Shown here: positions 1-8,045 of the stretch, in pieces
Layout: the number at the start of each line of letters is the position of its first letter
How positions within the stretch are numbered: the stretch's first letter is position 1
From: a virus
Taxonomy: Duplodnaviria > Caudoviricetes
DNA length: 57,239 bases
IMG/VR virus record: IMGVR_UViG_3300039159_000385
Coordinates: 1-57,239 of that record
Strand: one strand, 5' to 3'
Made by a program: the position numbers and the translations under genes
The notes under the pieces: generated by a model
What the model was told of the DNA's origin: nothing
The model's input: the letters and a program-made list of their open reading frames with translations, nothing else
Database searches by the model: none

Positions 1-22
1 GCTCGGTGCCGGGGCCGGGGCC

Positions 23-92
23 GGTGCTCGGTGCTCGGTGCTCGGTGCTCGGTGCTCGGTGCTCGGTGCTCGGTGCTCGGTGCTCGGTGCTC
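23..92 (+). repeat. Tandem heptamer array (GGTGCTC) x10, flanked by GGGGCC units
   Basis: Directly visible. The same unit forms the last bases of the window (57208-57239), suggesting a circular junction. Confidence 0.95.
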
Positions 93-134
93 GGCACCGG
101 GGCCGGTGCTCGGGGCCGGGGCCGGAACGAACGA

Positions 135-161
135 CGGCCGGAGCTCGTGAGGCTCCGGCCG
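135..161 (-). terminator. Intrinsic terminator-like hairpin after the 185..505 gene
   Basis: CGGCCGGAGC-7nt-GCTCCGGCCG perfect 10-bp stem followed on the minus strand by TCGTTCGTT. Near-identical copy at 1252-1280. Confidence 0.7.
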
Positions 162-184
162 CTCGCCCACTGTCACGGCCGGGG

Positions 185-505
185 CTACAACCACTCGGCC
201 AACGCTATCCGGCCGAGACAGTCCCGGCCGAGTCCCGGCACGCTCAACCCGGCCGGTGGCATGTCATTCACGGCCGCCCACACTGTCGGTACGTCGGCCA
301 CGTATTCCACATATAAATAGTCGCCGAGTTGGGGGGCTACTACACAATACTTCGCCCACGCCGGGGCCGGGGCTACGCAATCGTCTCCGACATCGGCCAC
401 ACGGACGGCCAGAGTCTCGCCGGAGTTGCTGCCATACGTGCCGTCGGTCTGCCACTTCGGGCTATCGCCGATCATACTCTCCCGGCCCACGCTCCCGGCC
501 TTCAT
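185..505 (-). CDS. Hypothetical early protein
   Basis: 106-aa ORF whose start overlaps the upstream stop (ATGA), followed by a terminator hairpin. Confidence 0.65.
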   Translation of the reverse strand: MKAGSVGRESMIGDSPKWQTDGTYGSNSGETLAVRVADVGDDCVAPAPAWAKYCVVAPQLGDYLYVEYVADVPTVWAAVNDMPPAGLSVPGLGRDCLGRIALAEWL

Positions 506-993
506 AGGATCCCCATTTCAGCAAACGAACGGTAATTCCCACCACCTACCACTACGTGGTCATTTACCGGGATCCCAAGCAATAGCCCGGCCGCTACCAG
601 TTGGGTAGTTACCGCCCGATCCTGTCGGCTCGGATCCGGGTCGCCGCTCGGGTGATTATGGGCCACCACAATAGCCGCCGAACCGACTAGGATCGCTGGC
701 CGGAACACTTCCCTAGGATGGACTAGGCTTGAATCAAGTATCCCACGAGTGATTAGCACCGGATCCCCGATTACCCTGTGCTGTACGTCCAACATTATCA
801 CGTAGAAAGCTTCGGCCGTTTCGGACATAAAAATACCCGCCATGATAGCCGCCGCATCCCGTGGCCCACGCACACTCTGCCGCTCGGTCGTGGCCGGTGA
901 TCCTTCCCGGACTAGCCGCAGGGTACCGGCCGCCGGAGTCTGTAGCACGTACAGCTCGGCCAGCCCACGGACTACCTTTCTCGACATTGCCAT
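502..993 (-). CDS. RadC-like JAB/MPN domain protein (UPF0758)
   Basis: Motifs E..(EAFYVIMLD), VHPREVF, HNHPSGDPDPSRQD and DHVVVG. Start set at the ATG after a GGGGGA RBS. Confidence 0.93.
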   Translation of the reverse strand: MAMSRKVVRGLAELYVLQTPAAGTLRLVREGSPATTERQSVRGPRDAAAIMAGIFMSETAEAFYVIMLDVQHRVIGDPVLITRGILDSSLVHPREVFRPAILVGSAAIVVAHNHPSGDPDPSRQDRAVTTQLVAAGLLLGIPVNDHVVVGGGNYRSFAEMGIL

Positions 994-1051
994 TCTATCC
1001 CCCGGCCGCCGCCGGTTAGTGTGAACCTGAACAACCATTACTAGTGTATAC

Positions 1052-1080
1052 ATATTACTACAGTAACCGACGGGCCGCAA
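1052..1080 (-). promoter_or_regulatory. Sigma70-type early promoter
   Basis: TTGCGG-17nt-TAATAT in an AT-rich island upstream of the RadC-like gene. Confidence 0.8.
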
Positions 1081-1083
1081 GTA

Positions 1084-1241
1084 GGGGCCGGGGCCGGGGC
1101 TCGGGGCCGGGGCCGATTGTCTAAGTGTCTACCAGGGTATGCACCGGCAAGGATTGCCTAGTCCGTGGCCGGGGCTCGGGGCCGGGGCTCGGGGCCGGGG
1201 CTCGGGGCCGGGGCCGGGGCCGGGGGCCGCAGCTCGGGGCC
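1084..1241 (+). repeat. Intergenic GGGGCC/GGGGCTC array with a ~60-bp unique core, paralogous to 5166-5301
   Basis: The core gggccgattgtc..accaggg..gca.cggcaag..ttgcctagtccgtggccggggctcggggccgggg occurs at both loci. Confidence 0.9.
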
Positions 1242-1251
1242 GGAACGGACA

Positions 1252-1280
1252 ACGGCCGGAGCTTGTGAGGCTCCGGCCGT
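1252..1280 (-). terminator. Intrinsic terminator-like hairpin after the 1306..2298 gene
   Basis: ACGGCCGGAGC-7nt-GCTCCGGCCGT followed on the minus strand by TGTCCGTT. Confidence 0.7.
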
Positions 1281-1305
1281 CCGTTCCGTTCCGCTCCGCT
1301 CCGGG

Positions 1306-2298
1306 CTACTTCACCACCGACAGCCCCCCACGCTTGCCGGTAGGCTTGGGCTTGCCGGTACGCTTGGCCGTCTCGGCCGCCGGGGCCGGGGCCGTCCCAA
1401 CAATCAAATAATCGTCACTCGGGGCCGGGGCCGTCTCGGCCGTCATCCCGTCCGGCCGCACATTGGCCGCCCAACCGTCAAGTACCGCCACCGCCCGCAA
1501 CCGCACAACGTCACCGGCCGCCATTACACCGACAGACACGTTATCGGTCCACGCCCCGGCACACTCCGCAGGCCAGAGGGCCGCCGGGTCCCCGAGTATT
1601 TCCCCGTAGCCGTCCGGCAGACACACCACTACGCCACCGGCCCCGATATAGACCCGAAAAAACTCGGACGGGTCGTCGTGCTCCGCCGATACGTCCGGGG
1701 CATCCAGCACGATACCCGTACGGTACACCGGACGGCCGCCGGGCCGGGCCTTGAGCATGGAAAGCACCGCCCCACGCACCCGGCCGTCAGAATCGCTGTC
1801 ACCGGCCACAGTCACGAGGTCCAGACGATCGGCCAGCCCCAGCACGGCCGCCGTCCGCTCGGTCCACCGCCGGAGCTTGGCCGGATCGTGCAAAATTGCC
1901 CGTTCGCTCGGACGAAACAGGGAGACACGAGCCGCCCACCGGCCAGTTGAAATGACACCATCGCCCACGAGGGACACAAAGTTACCGGGAGTGCCACGGA
2001 GCATATCGGGATTGAGCAACCGGCCGCCGGACTGTGCCGGATCGCCGGGCCGGTGACTGTCCGGGCTCGCCGTCCCGGCCGCCGGATCGGTCCAGACGGC
2101 CGGGAGCAATCCGGCCGCCGTATTCACATTACCGGGCTTGAGCACATGCACCAGGGTCCCGGCCGGGAGAGATGTCCCGTAGTCGGGGAAATGTACCCGG
2201 CCGGGGCCGGAGACGGCCGCCGGGGCCGTCTCGGCCACCGGCACGGCCGCCGTTCCCTTCCCTTTCCCTTTCGCTTTCGTCGTCGTCGTCATCGTCAC
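1306..2298 (-). CDS. Hypothetical early protein with Lys-rich termini
   Basis: 330-aa ORF with a GGGGG RBS. No family recognised. Confidence 0.75.
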   Translation of the reverse strand: MTMTTTTKAKGKGKGTAAVPVAETAPAAVSGPGRVHFPDYGTSLPAGTLVHVLKPGNVNTAAGLLPAVWTDPAAGTASPDSHRPGDPAQSGGRLLNPDMLRGTPGNFVSLVGDGVISTGRWAARVSLFRPSERAILHDPAKLRRWTERTAAVLGLADRLDLVTVAGDSDSDGRVRGAVLSMLKARPGGRPVYRTGIVLDAPDVSAEHDDPSEFFRVYIGAGGVVVCLPDGYGEILGDPAALWPAECAGAWTDNVSVGVMAAGDVVRLRAVAVLDGWAANVRPDGMTAETAPAPSDDYLIVGTAPAPAAETAKRTGKPKPTGKRGGLSVVK

Positions 2299-2306
2299 AA
2301 CCCCCG

Positions 2307-3221
2307 TTAGAACGTAAGGAACGAACCGGCCGGGCTATCCGTCCGGGTAACCGTCACGGCCGCCGCCGCTTCCAACCGCACCGCTCGCACCGCTCGCACC
2401 GCTTGAGCCGCCGTAGCTTGTCCGTCCGCTACCGCTACCACCGCCCGAGTTACTGACGCCTCCCTAGCCGCCCGGAGCACTTGGGCCGCCGTTCCTTTCC
2501 CGTTCACCGTCGCATATATTGCCCTGTCTAGGGCCGCCTCTCGGGCCGCCTGTAGGGCCGCCGCCGCCGCCGCCGCCGCTACCGGGTGAATCGGGATCCC
2601 TACACCCGTCCGCTCGCCTTTCGCATTGCCTACCCGACTCGCCGGGGCCGCCGGGGCCGTCTCGGCCGATTCCAGAGACGTTAGAAACGCCTCGGCCCGC
2701 TCGGCTAAATCGGACGCCGCCGCCGCCGTCACTTTGCTTCGAGCTTTCGCCACACTCCCCCCCGTTGTTGTTGGTTGTGCCCACGGGTCCCGGCCGTCGG
2801 CCGTCCGGCCCATCCGTTCGTACACCGCCGCCCACTTGTCCCGCCGGGCTTCCCGATCGTCGGCCCGCCGTGCTTCGTCGGCCCGTATTGCTTTGATGTC
2901 CACCGTAGCCACTCCCCAACGGGATTGCCCGTAGTCGGTCGCTAGGTCACGGTGGTCGTACCACCAATTCCAACCGGTATTGTCCAGAGTGTACCGGCCT
3001 TCCGGCCAGTCTGCCGGGTCGTGTGGGCAATCGGTACCGGGGCCGGTGACGGGCTCCGGCAATAGCTCTAGGCCGTAGCCGTTCCCGTTATGCCGCACGT
3101 CGTCGGCCCGTAGCCGAGTACACTGTGCCGCTAGGGCCGTGGCCCGTTGAGCCGTCGTATACTCGTTGAGCCGCTTGATCGTCAAGCCCTGATTGTATCG
3201 GCTTGTGGTGTGCTTCTTCAC
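2307..3221 (-). CDS. Hypothetical early protein, Ala-rich helical C-terminus
   Basis: Long ORF with a GTG start overlapping the upstream TGA (GTGA coupling). Confidence 0.7.
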   Translation of the reverse strand: MKKHTTSRYNQGLTIKRLNEYTTAQRATALAAQCTRLRADDVRHNGNGYGLELLPEPVTGPGTDCPHDPADWPEGRYTLDNTGWNWWYDHRDLATDYGQSRWGVATVDIKAIRADEARRADDREARRDKWAAVYERMGRTADGRDPWAQPTTTGGSVAKARSKVTAAAASDLAERAEAFLTSLESAETAPAAPASRVGNAKGERTGVGIPIHPVAAAAAAAALQAAREAALDRAIYATVNGKGTAAQVLRAAREASVTRAVVAVADGQATAAQAVRAVRAVRLEAAAAVTVTRTDSPAGSFLTF

Positions 3222-3712
3222 GACACACCACCGGCCGCCGGGGCCGTCTCGGGTAGGGGCTCGGGGACTACCACATAGTCGGGCCGGTACTCCACCGCAG
3301 TGTCCCGCAGTAGGGAAAGCACGGCCGCCACCGTCGCCCAATTAACGCCGTATATCTTACGGCCCGCCTCGGTCGTCAAGCCGAACACCGACGCCACCGC
3401 TAGGCACGCCGCCTCACGGCTACCGCACAGTAGGACGCCCGGCAGATAGGGAGCCGACACTATCCAAGCAACCCACGCCGGGAGCCCGCTACTACCAACC
3501 CACCAACTAGCCGATAGGCCGCCCACGGGCACGGCCGTTAGTACCGGATCCGCACTGTGACACACGATATTGGAATATCGGCCGCTCGCCTTGAGCACGC
3601 CCGGCAAGTCTCGGAACGCACACGCTAGGACGGCCGAACCGCCACGGATCGGGACGCTACCGGGCACGGCCGGGGCTCCGGGCACGGCCGCCGCTTCGGC
3701 CGCCGTCAACAT
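3218..3712 (-). CDS. Hypothetical early protein
   Basis: 164-aa ORF overlapping both neighbours. Confidence 0.65.
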   Translation of the reverse strand: MLTAAEAAAVPGAPAVPGSVPIRGGSAVLACAFRDLPGVLKASGRYSNIVCHSADPVLTAVPVGGLSASWWVGSSGLPAWVAWIVSAPYLPGVLLCGSREAACLAVASVFGLTTEAGRKIYGVNWATVAAVLSLLRDTAVEYRPDYVVVPEPLPETAPAAGGVS

Positions 3713-4242
3713 GGCACACCACCGGCCGCCGGGGCCACGATCGCCGGGGTGACGACCGATACCCGGCCGTAGCCGCAGGACGCCACGGCCGCCGCTATCG
3801 CCTCACGGGCCGGAAGGTCCACGGCCGCCCGCTCACGTACGCCCCAGAACGTCGCCACGAGGATTCGGGCCGATTGAACCGACTCAGTCCAATAGTCGCC
3901 CGCTTCCATCGTCATTACGTACACTCCGGCCCACGCCGGGATAGTCGGCACATATGCCGGGTTCCCGTACCAACTCGGCACGATCGACACCGGCACGCCG
4001 ACCGCTACCGCACGGCCGCCGCTGTCGGCCACGAGCCCGTGGGCTTCCATCATCCGGAGCTCTAGGCCACGATCGCACAGACCGACGGCCGGTGAAAGCT
4101 CACGCCCGGCCGCCACGAGGGCCGGGACGGCCGCCACCGTCACCGGGGCCGCCGACGGTGGCAGTAGGATACGACGGCCGCCCGTCGGCAGTACCGGAAT
4201 GATCCGGAGCCGTGGCCCCATCGTCAACCGCCGGGCCGTCAC
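3706..4242 (-). CDS. Hypothetical early protein
   Basis: GTG start coupled to the upstream stop, after GAGGTG. Confidence 0.6.
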   Translation of the reverse strand: MTARRLTMGPRLRIIPVLPTGGRRILLPPSAAPVTVAAVPALVAAGRELSPAVGLCDRGLELRMMEAHGLVADSGGRAVAVGVPVSIVPSWYGNPAYVPTIPAWAGVYVMTMEAGDYWTESVQSARILVATFWGVRERAAVDLPAREAIAAAVASCGYGRVSVVTPAIVAPAAGGVPC

Positions 4243-4676
4243 GACAACACCTCGCACCGGCCGCCGGTAAGAGCCGCCACGATCGCCGCATATCCGGCCA
4301 GCTCGGCCGCCGTCGGGAACGTCTCGGCCTCGCCTTCCAATGCCCACACGAACGCCAACGCCATCCGGGCCGTCGCTTCGGTATTGCACACGAGTACACC
4401 GGCACCGTCTAGCCACTCGGCACCGGCCGCCCACGACGCCCACGACGGCATGGGCCGGAGCCCGGTAACATCCCATTTCTGGCCGTCGGCATCATAGGCC
4501 GACATAGCCCACGCCGAGCCGAGAGACGACACGTTCCCCAGAGCCGCACCGAAGTAGGCCCAACACTCCGGCCGGGCTTCCTCGGCCGTGGCCGTACCCA
4601 CAACACGGGCCACTTTCGCCACCGCCGCCACCGCCGCCGCCGTCATTACCATTTCCAACCGCTTGACTTGTCCCAT
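4239..4676 (-). CDS. Hypothetical early protein
   Basis: ATG after GGGGGGA, first gene downstream of promoter 4730-4758. Confidence 0.7.
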   Translation of the reverse strand: MGQVKRLEMVMTAAAVAAVAKVARVVGTATAEEARPECWAYFGAALGNVSSLGSAWAMSAYDADGQKWDVTGLRPMPSWASWAAGAEWLDGAGVLVCNTEATARMALAFVWALEGEAETFPTAAELAGYAAIVAALTGGRCEVLS

Positions 4677-4729
4677 AATCCCCCCCGGAGTGTATGAAAG
4701 CAACCGCCAACCACCAACCACATGTAAAC

Positions 4730-4758
4730 ATATTACTACACTACCGCACTGCCGTCAA
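4730..4758 (-). promoter_or_regulatory. Sigma70-type early promoter
   Basis: TTGACG-17nt-TAATAT, near consensus. Confidence 0.85.
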
Positions 4759-4770
4759 TCCCCCCAGACG

Positions 4771-5082
4771 TTACCCGGCCCGACACTGTGGGCAATCGTC
4801 GCACACCCCGGAGCCGTCTAGCACGCCGATTGCTCCGTGATCGCACACGCCGACGCACCCGGCTACCGGGGCCGGGGCCGCCACCGGGGCCGGACTACGC
4901 CGGACGCCGACTATAGTACGCCGACGCCCGGCCGATCGCTTTTCCGGTACCGGCACCACTTCGGCCCGATAGGGCCACCACCGGGCCAGATCATCGACAT
5001 ACCCGGCCGCTTCACGTTCCGTGTCCCAAGGTCCGACCCGGCACGGGCCACCACTACACACCGTCACCACATAGTAAAGCAT
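4771..5082 (-). CDS. Hypothetical Cys-containing early protein
   Basis: 103 aa with a G-rich RBS and C-terminal CxxxC/CxxCxxC, downstream of promoter 5131-5159. Confidence 0.6.
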   Translation of the reverse strand: MLYYVVTVCSGGPCRVGPWDTEREAAGYVDDLARWWPYRAEVVPVPEKRSAGRRRTIVGVRRSPAPVAAPAPVAGCVGVCDHGAIGVLDGSGVCDDCPQCRAG

Positions 5083-5130
5083 GCCCCCCCCGTCCGCCGA
5101 CGGTTAGTGTTCTCGTTGTCCTCTGTTTAC

Positions 5131-5159
5131 AGACTACTACACCAGGCCACGGAACGCAA
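5131..5159 (-). promoter_or_regulatory. Sigma70-type early promoter
   Basis: TTGCGT-17nt-TAGTCT. The leader ACACTAACCG.CGGCGG.CGGGGG is shared with the RadC-like gene leader. Confidence 0.75.
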
Positions 5160-5165
5160 CGGCTC

Positions 5166-5301
5166 TGGGGCCGGGCCGATTGTCCAGGATGTTTACCAGG
5201 GTTGCATCCGGCAAGCTTTGCCTAGTCCGTGGCCGGGGCTCGGGGCCGGGGCCGGGGCTCGTGGCCGTGGCTCGGGGCCGGGGCTCGGGGCCGTCTCGGC
5301 C
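5166..5301 (+). repeat. GGGGCC/GGGGCTC array plus core, paralog of 1084-1241
   Basis: Directly visible. Marks the edge of the GCG-free block. Confidence 0.9.
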
Positions 5302-5334
5302 AGGCCCGCGCGCCGCGCGCGGAACCGGCGGCCG

Positions 5335-6030
5335 CTAGGTCGGTGTCGGCTCGGCCAGGACGCGCGCCCAGTCCCAAAACGGGCGGCCGCGCGCCACTTC
5401 GACGAGCGGGGTTGGGTACACGACCCGGTGCGGCGTTTCGATGCGCCGATCCGCGCCCCGGCCCACGATCGCGCGCACCGGCACCTCGCCGTCGTCGTTC
5501 AGGAGCGGCGCTAACGCGCTCGCGGGCACCAGGAACACCGCGCCCCCATCCGGCGCACATTCGGCGTCCAGGCAGGCGTAGAACGCGATCCCGCCCGCCT
5601 CCGCAAACCGCATGAGCCAGGCGACTTGCCCCCGGATCCGGCGCACATCGCGCGGGTCGAGCTTCGGCGCGAGGACCGCGATGGTCAGCTTTGCTTTGCC
5701 GGTCGCGCCCTTGGCGTCGAACGCGACCGGCCGGGGCGCGCCGTTGACGGTCACGAGGCCGACAAAATCGGGCGCGAGCCCGCTTGCCGTCCGGCGCACG
5801 TTGCCAGGCGCGCCGCGCGTCTTTTCGCCCACGGCCGCGATCACCGCCACCCCGTCATGCGCGTAGCGCAGATGGGCGCGGTTCAGCATTTCCTCGAACC
5901 GCTCGCCGGAGCGGTTGCCGGCCGCTCCGGCGTGGGCGCGGGTCGCCGTATCAAGCGCACTCACCGGGTCGAGCGCGTACCCACCGCGCGGCAGCGCCAC
6001 CGTTGCCGGCATAAAGCGTCGAGCGCGCAT
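5335..6030 (-). CDS. RecU-like Holliday junction resolvase (PD-(D/E)xK nuclease)
   Basis: NRSGERFEEMLN..HLRY, PDFVG and VAFDAKG match the RecU pattern. Confidence 0.75.
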   Translation of the reverse strand: MRARRFMPATVALPRGGYALDPVSALDTATRAHAGAAGNRSGERFEEMLNRAHLRYAHDGVAVIAAVGEKTRGAPGNVRRTASGLAPDFVGLVTVNGAPRPVAFDAKGATGKAKLTIAVLAPKLDPRDVRRIRGQVAWLMRFAEAGGIAFYACLDAECAPDGGAVFLVPASALAPLLNDDGEVPVRAIVGRGADRRIETPHRVVYPTPLVEVARGRPFWDWARVLAEPTPT

Positions 6031-6545
6031 TACAGCGCCCGGTCCGTGTGACTCTGTGCCCGCAGCCGTTCTAGGGCGCGCCGTTCCTGCCGCGACGGCT
6101 GGCGCATGATCGGCGACAGCGGCGCCGGCGGTTCGTCCTCCGCAAACGCGTTCACCGCATCCACGAGCCGCAGGACGGCGAGCGGCCCGTGGGCGGCCGT
6201 CGAACCGGGCAGCGGTTCGATCACGCCGTGCTCGTTCACGCACCGCGCGTCGAGAAAGGCGTCGAGCGCCGTGGAGCCCACGAGGAGCAGCGTTTCGACC
6301 ATCGCCACCGGGAGCGTGCAGTTCGCGGCGCCCTCCAGGAGTGCGTTTTGCGACTGCGCCAGCAGTGCCCGGAGCCCCAACCGGGCGACGTTCAGGCTGT
6401 GCAGCCGTCGCTCCATCTGCTCGGCATCGCCGCCGGGCGGGGCGTCCAGGTCGGGCAGCCGGGTCGCGGGGTGCGCATTTGGTGCACCGGGTGCGGGCGG
6501 GGCCGACACGGGGCGGCCGTTGGCGTCAAAGATCATCGGGTACAC
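6030..6545 (-). CDS. Hypothetical protein
   Basis: 171-aa ORF between the initiator and resolvase, TAATG-coupled to the next gene. Confidence 0.65.
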   Translation of the reverse strand: MYPMIFDANGRPVSAPPAPGAPNAHPATRLPDLDAPPGGDAEQMERRLHSLNVARLGLRALLAQSQNALLEGAANCTLPVAMVETLLLVGSTALDAFLDARCVNEHGVIEPLPGSTAAHGPLAVLRLVDAVNAFAEDEPPAPLSPIMRQPSRQERRALERLRAQSHTDRAL

Positions 6546-7512
6546 CGGGGGTTTTTGAGAGTGAAAACGTCGCCAAAATGGCGGCGACCGAGTGCAGCGG
6601 CGCGCCGACCCGTTGCGGGGTGCGAGGTGCGGTATTCCAGCCCAAATCAGCGGGCGGATCGTGGATTTGGTGCTTTTGGTGCACCGGGTGCGGCGTGTGC
6701 AACTCGCGCGGCATCGGCAACGGGCGGAGGTCGAGCCGTGGCCCGGTGCCCAGGCCGGGGCCGGGGCTGTGGCTGTGGCTGGTGGTCGATTCCCCGAGCG
6801 GCGGCGGTGGCGGCGCGCCCTGCAAGGGAGCGCAAGCCGGCGACGACGACGCGGACTTTTCCTCCCGCGCGTTGTTGCTGTTGCGGTTTGAGATCGCTAA
6901 TCCGCTTGGGCTCTTTGGCAGAGCCCGCGTATTAGCTCTTTCTGTTGTTCTTACTTCTGTAGGCGCTATGCGAGATGCTATGGAAGATGCTTTGCGACTT
7001 GCATTGCGAGTTGCTTTGGAAGTTGCATTGCGAGTTGCAATGCTCGGCGGTTCGGGCGGGTTCTCGCCTCCCTCATGTGATACGTGAAGGGGTTCAGGTA
7101 ATGTGTCACGTGAGGCGTCACCGGCCGCGTCGTCAGGCGTGTCTGCGGTGTCATTTCCCCTATGACGCGCCGCCCAACCGCCCGACGCGCCGGCGGCCGC
7201 CCGCTTCTCGTATTTCTCGCGCTGTTCGTCGAACACCTCGGCCACCAGCGCCGCGATGCGCCACCCTGCTTCGGTCACCGGGAAGTGCAATAAAACGCTC
7301 TCGCGATGGCGCTTCCACCGGGCCGAACCGAGTCCACTTACGACGCTCAAAATCGCGTCAGAATCCGGCAAATGTGCGGGATAGTCGGCGTTCACCCAGG
7401 CCGCGCAGTTGAGCCGCATAATCGCGGCTTGCGCTTCCGGGGCGAGCAGTTGCGTCCGTTCCAGCCATTCGGTCGGGTTGAACGGCCACCAGGTCAGTAA
7501 GGGCCGTTTCAC
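6526..7512 (-). CDS. DUF1376/YdaU-family phage replication initiator
   Basis: N-terminus WWPFNPTEWL..TQLL..EAQAAIMRL...W....LPD.D..L....G....W, then KRAAAG..GG, with an internal iteron-like array. Confidence 0.8.
   Translation of the reverse strand: MKRPLLTWWPFNPTEWLERTQLLAPEAQAAIMRLNCAAWVNADYPAHLPDSDAILSVVSGLGSARWKRHRESVLLHFPVTEAGWRIAALVAEVFDEQREKYEKRAAAGASGGWAARHRGNDTADTPDDAAGDASRDTLPEPLHVSHEGGENPPEPPSIATRNATSKATRNASRKASSIASRIAPTEVRTTERANTRALPKSPSGLAISNRNSNNAREEKSASSSPACAPLQGAPPPPPLGESTTSHSHSPGPGLGTGPRLDLRPLPMPRELHTPHPVHQKHQIHDPPADLGWNTAPRTPQRVGAPLHSVAAILATFSLSKTPGVPDDL
6929..7039. promoter_or_regulatory. Putative replication origin: six 12-bp iterons plus an AT-rich tract
   Basis: 6968-7039 ATGCGAGATGCT/ATGGAAGATGCT/TTGCGACTTGCA/TTGCGAGTTGCT/TTGGAAGTTGCA/TTGCGAGTTGCA next to T-rich 6929-6961, inside the initiator gene as in lambda O. 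Confidence 0.7.
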
Positions 7513-8045
7513 GGCGCGTCCCCCGTATCCGGGCTGTTGTGTGGGCTGTCCGAGGATTCGGCCAGCGAGGACTCGTACCACGCGCGCAAGGCCACGCGCT
7601 GCGCCAGCGTCGGCGGCTGGGTGGGGTCGTTCAGGACGATCACCACGCGTTTGCCGGCCTTCGGCGCCGGCGTAGCTCCTTTCACGCCCGCCATTGTGAT
7701 GCGGTTGTACACGCGCGCGCCCACCGTCAGGGGCTCCGGCTCCGGAAGCGGGTCGAGCGTGGACCCGCCCGGCGGCAACTCGATGGTAATGCGCGGCCGC
7801 TCCTTCTGTCCCGCCAGATATTCCCGCGTCGCTTTCATGCGGATCGCGTGTGTGCGCTTCTTCGACGGCGGCCGGACGCCCACCCGCTGACACGCCGTAC
7901 ACACCGACGAAATCGCAACGCCGCACGCGGCCGCCGCTTGCGTCGCCGTCGCCCCGGCCGCCACCATGCCCACCGCCCGGTCGATCACCTCCGGCGCGAT
8001 CTGGCGCCTCGGTCCTCGGGGCGGGTGGTTCTCCCCGGTCGTCAC
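7509..8045 (-). CDS. HTH DNA-binding protein
   Basis: RAVGMVAAGATATQAAAACGVAISSV helix-turn-helix pattern. Confidence 0.65.
   Translation of the reverse strand: MTTGENHPPRGPRRQIAPEVIDRAVGMVAAGATATQAAAACGVAISSVCTACQRVGVRPPSKKRTHAIRMKATREYLAGQKERPRITIELPPGGSTLDPLPEPEPLTVGARVYNRITMAGVKGATPAPKAGKRVVIVLNDPTQPPTLAQRVALRAWYESSLAESSDSPHNSPDTGDAP

Noticed and set aside
23-92. Possible CRISPR array at this or other repeat arrays
   Set aside because: Units are 6-12 bp and contiguous with no unique spacers, and no cas genes were seen.
1-5307. GCG absence explained by codon bias or palindromic restriction-site avoidance
   Set aside because: The absence spans all frames and intergenic DNA and is one-stranded, whereas palindrome avoidance would leave GGCGG, AGCGT and similar words.
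6478-6693. 19-bp exact repeat TTTGGTGCACCGGGTGCGG at 6478 and 6675
   Set aside because: Only two intragenic copies with no supporting context. It could be ori-related but this is unsupported.
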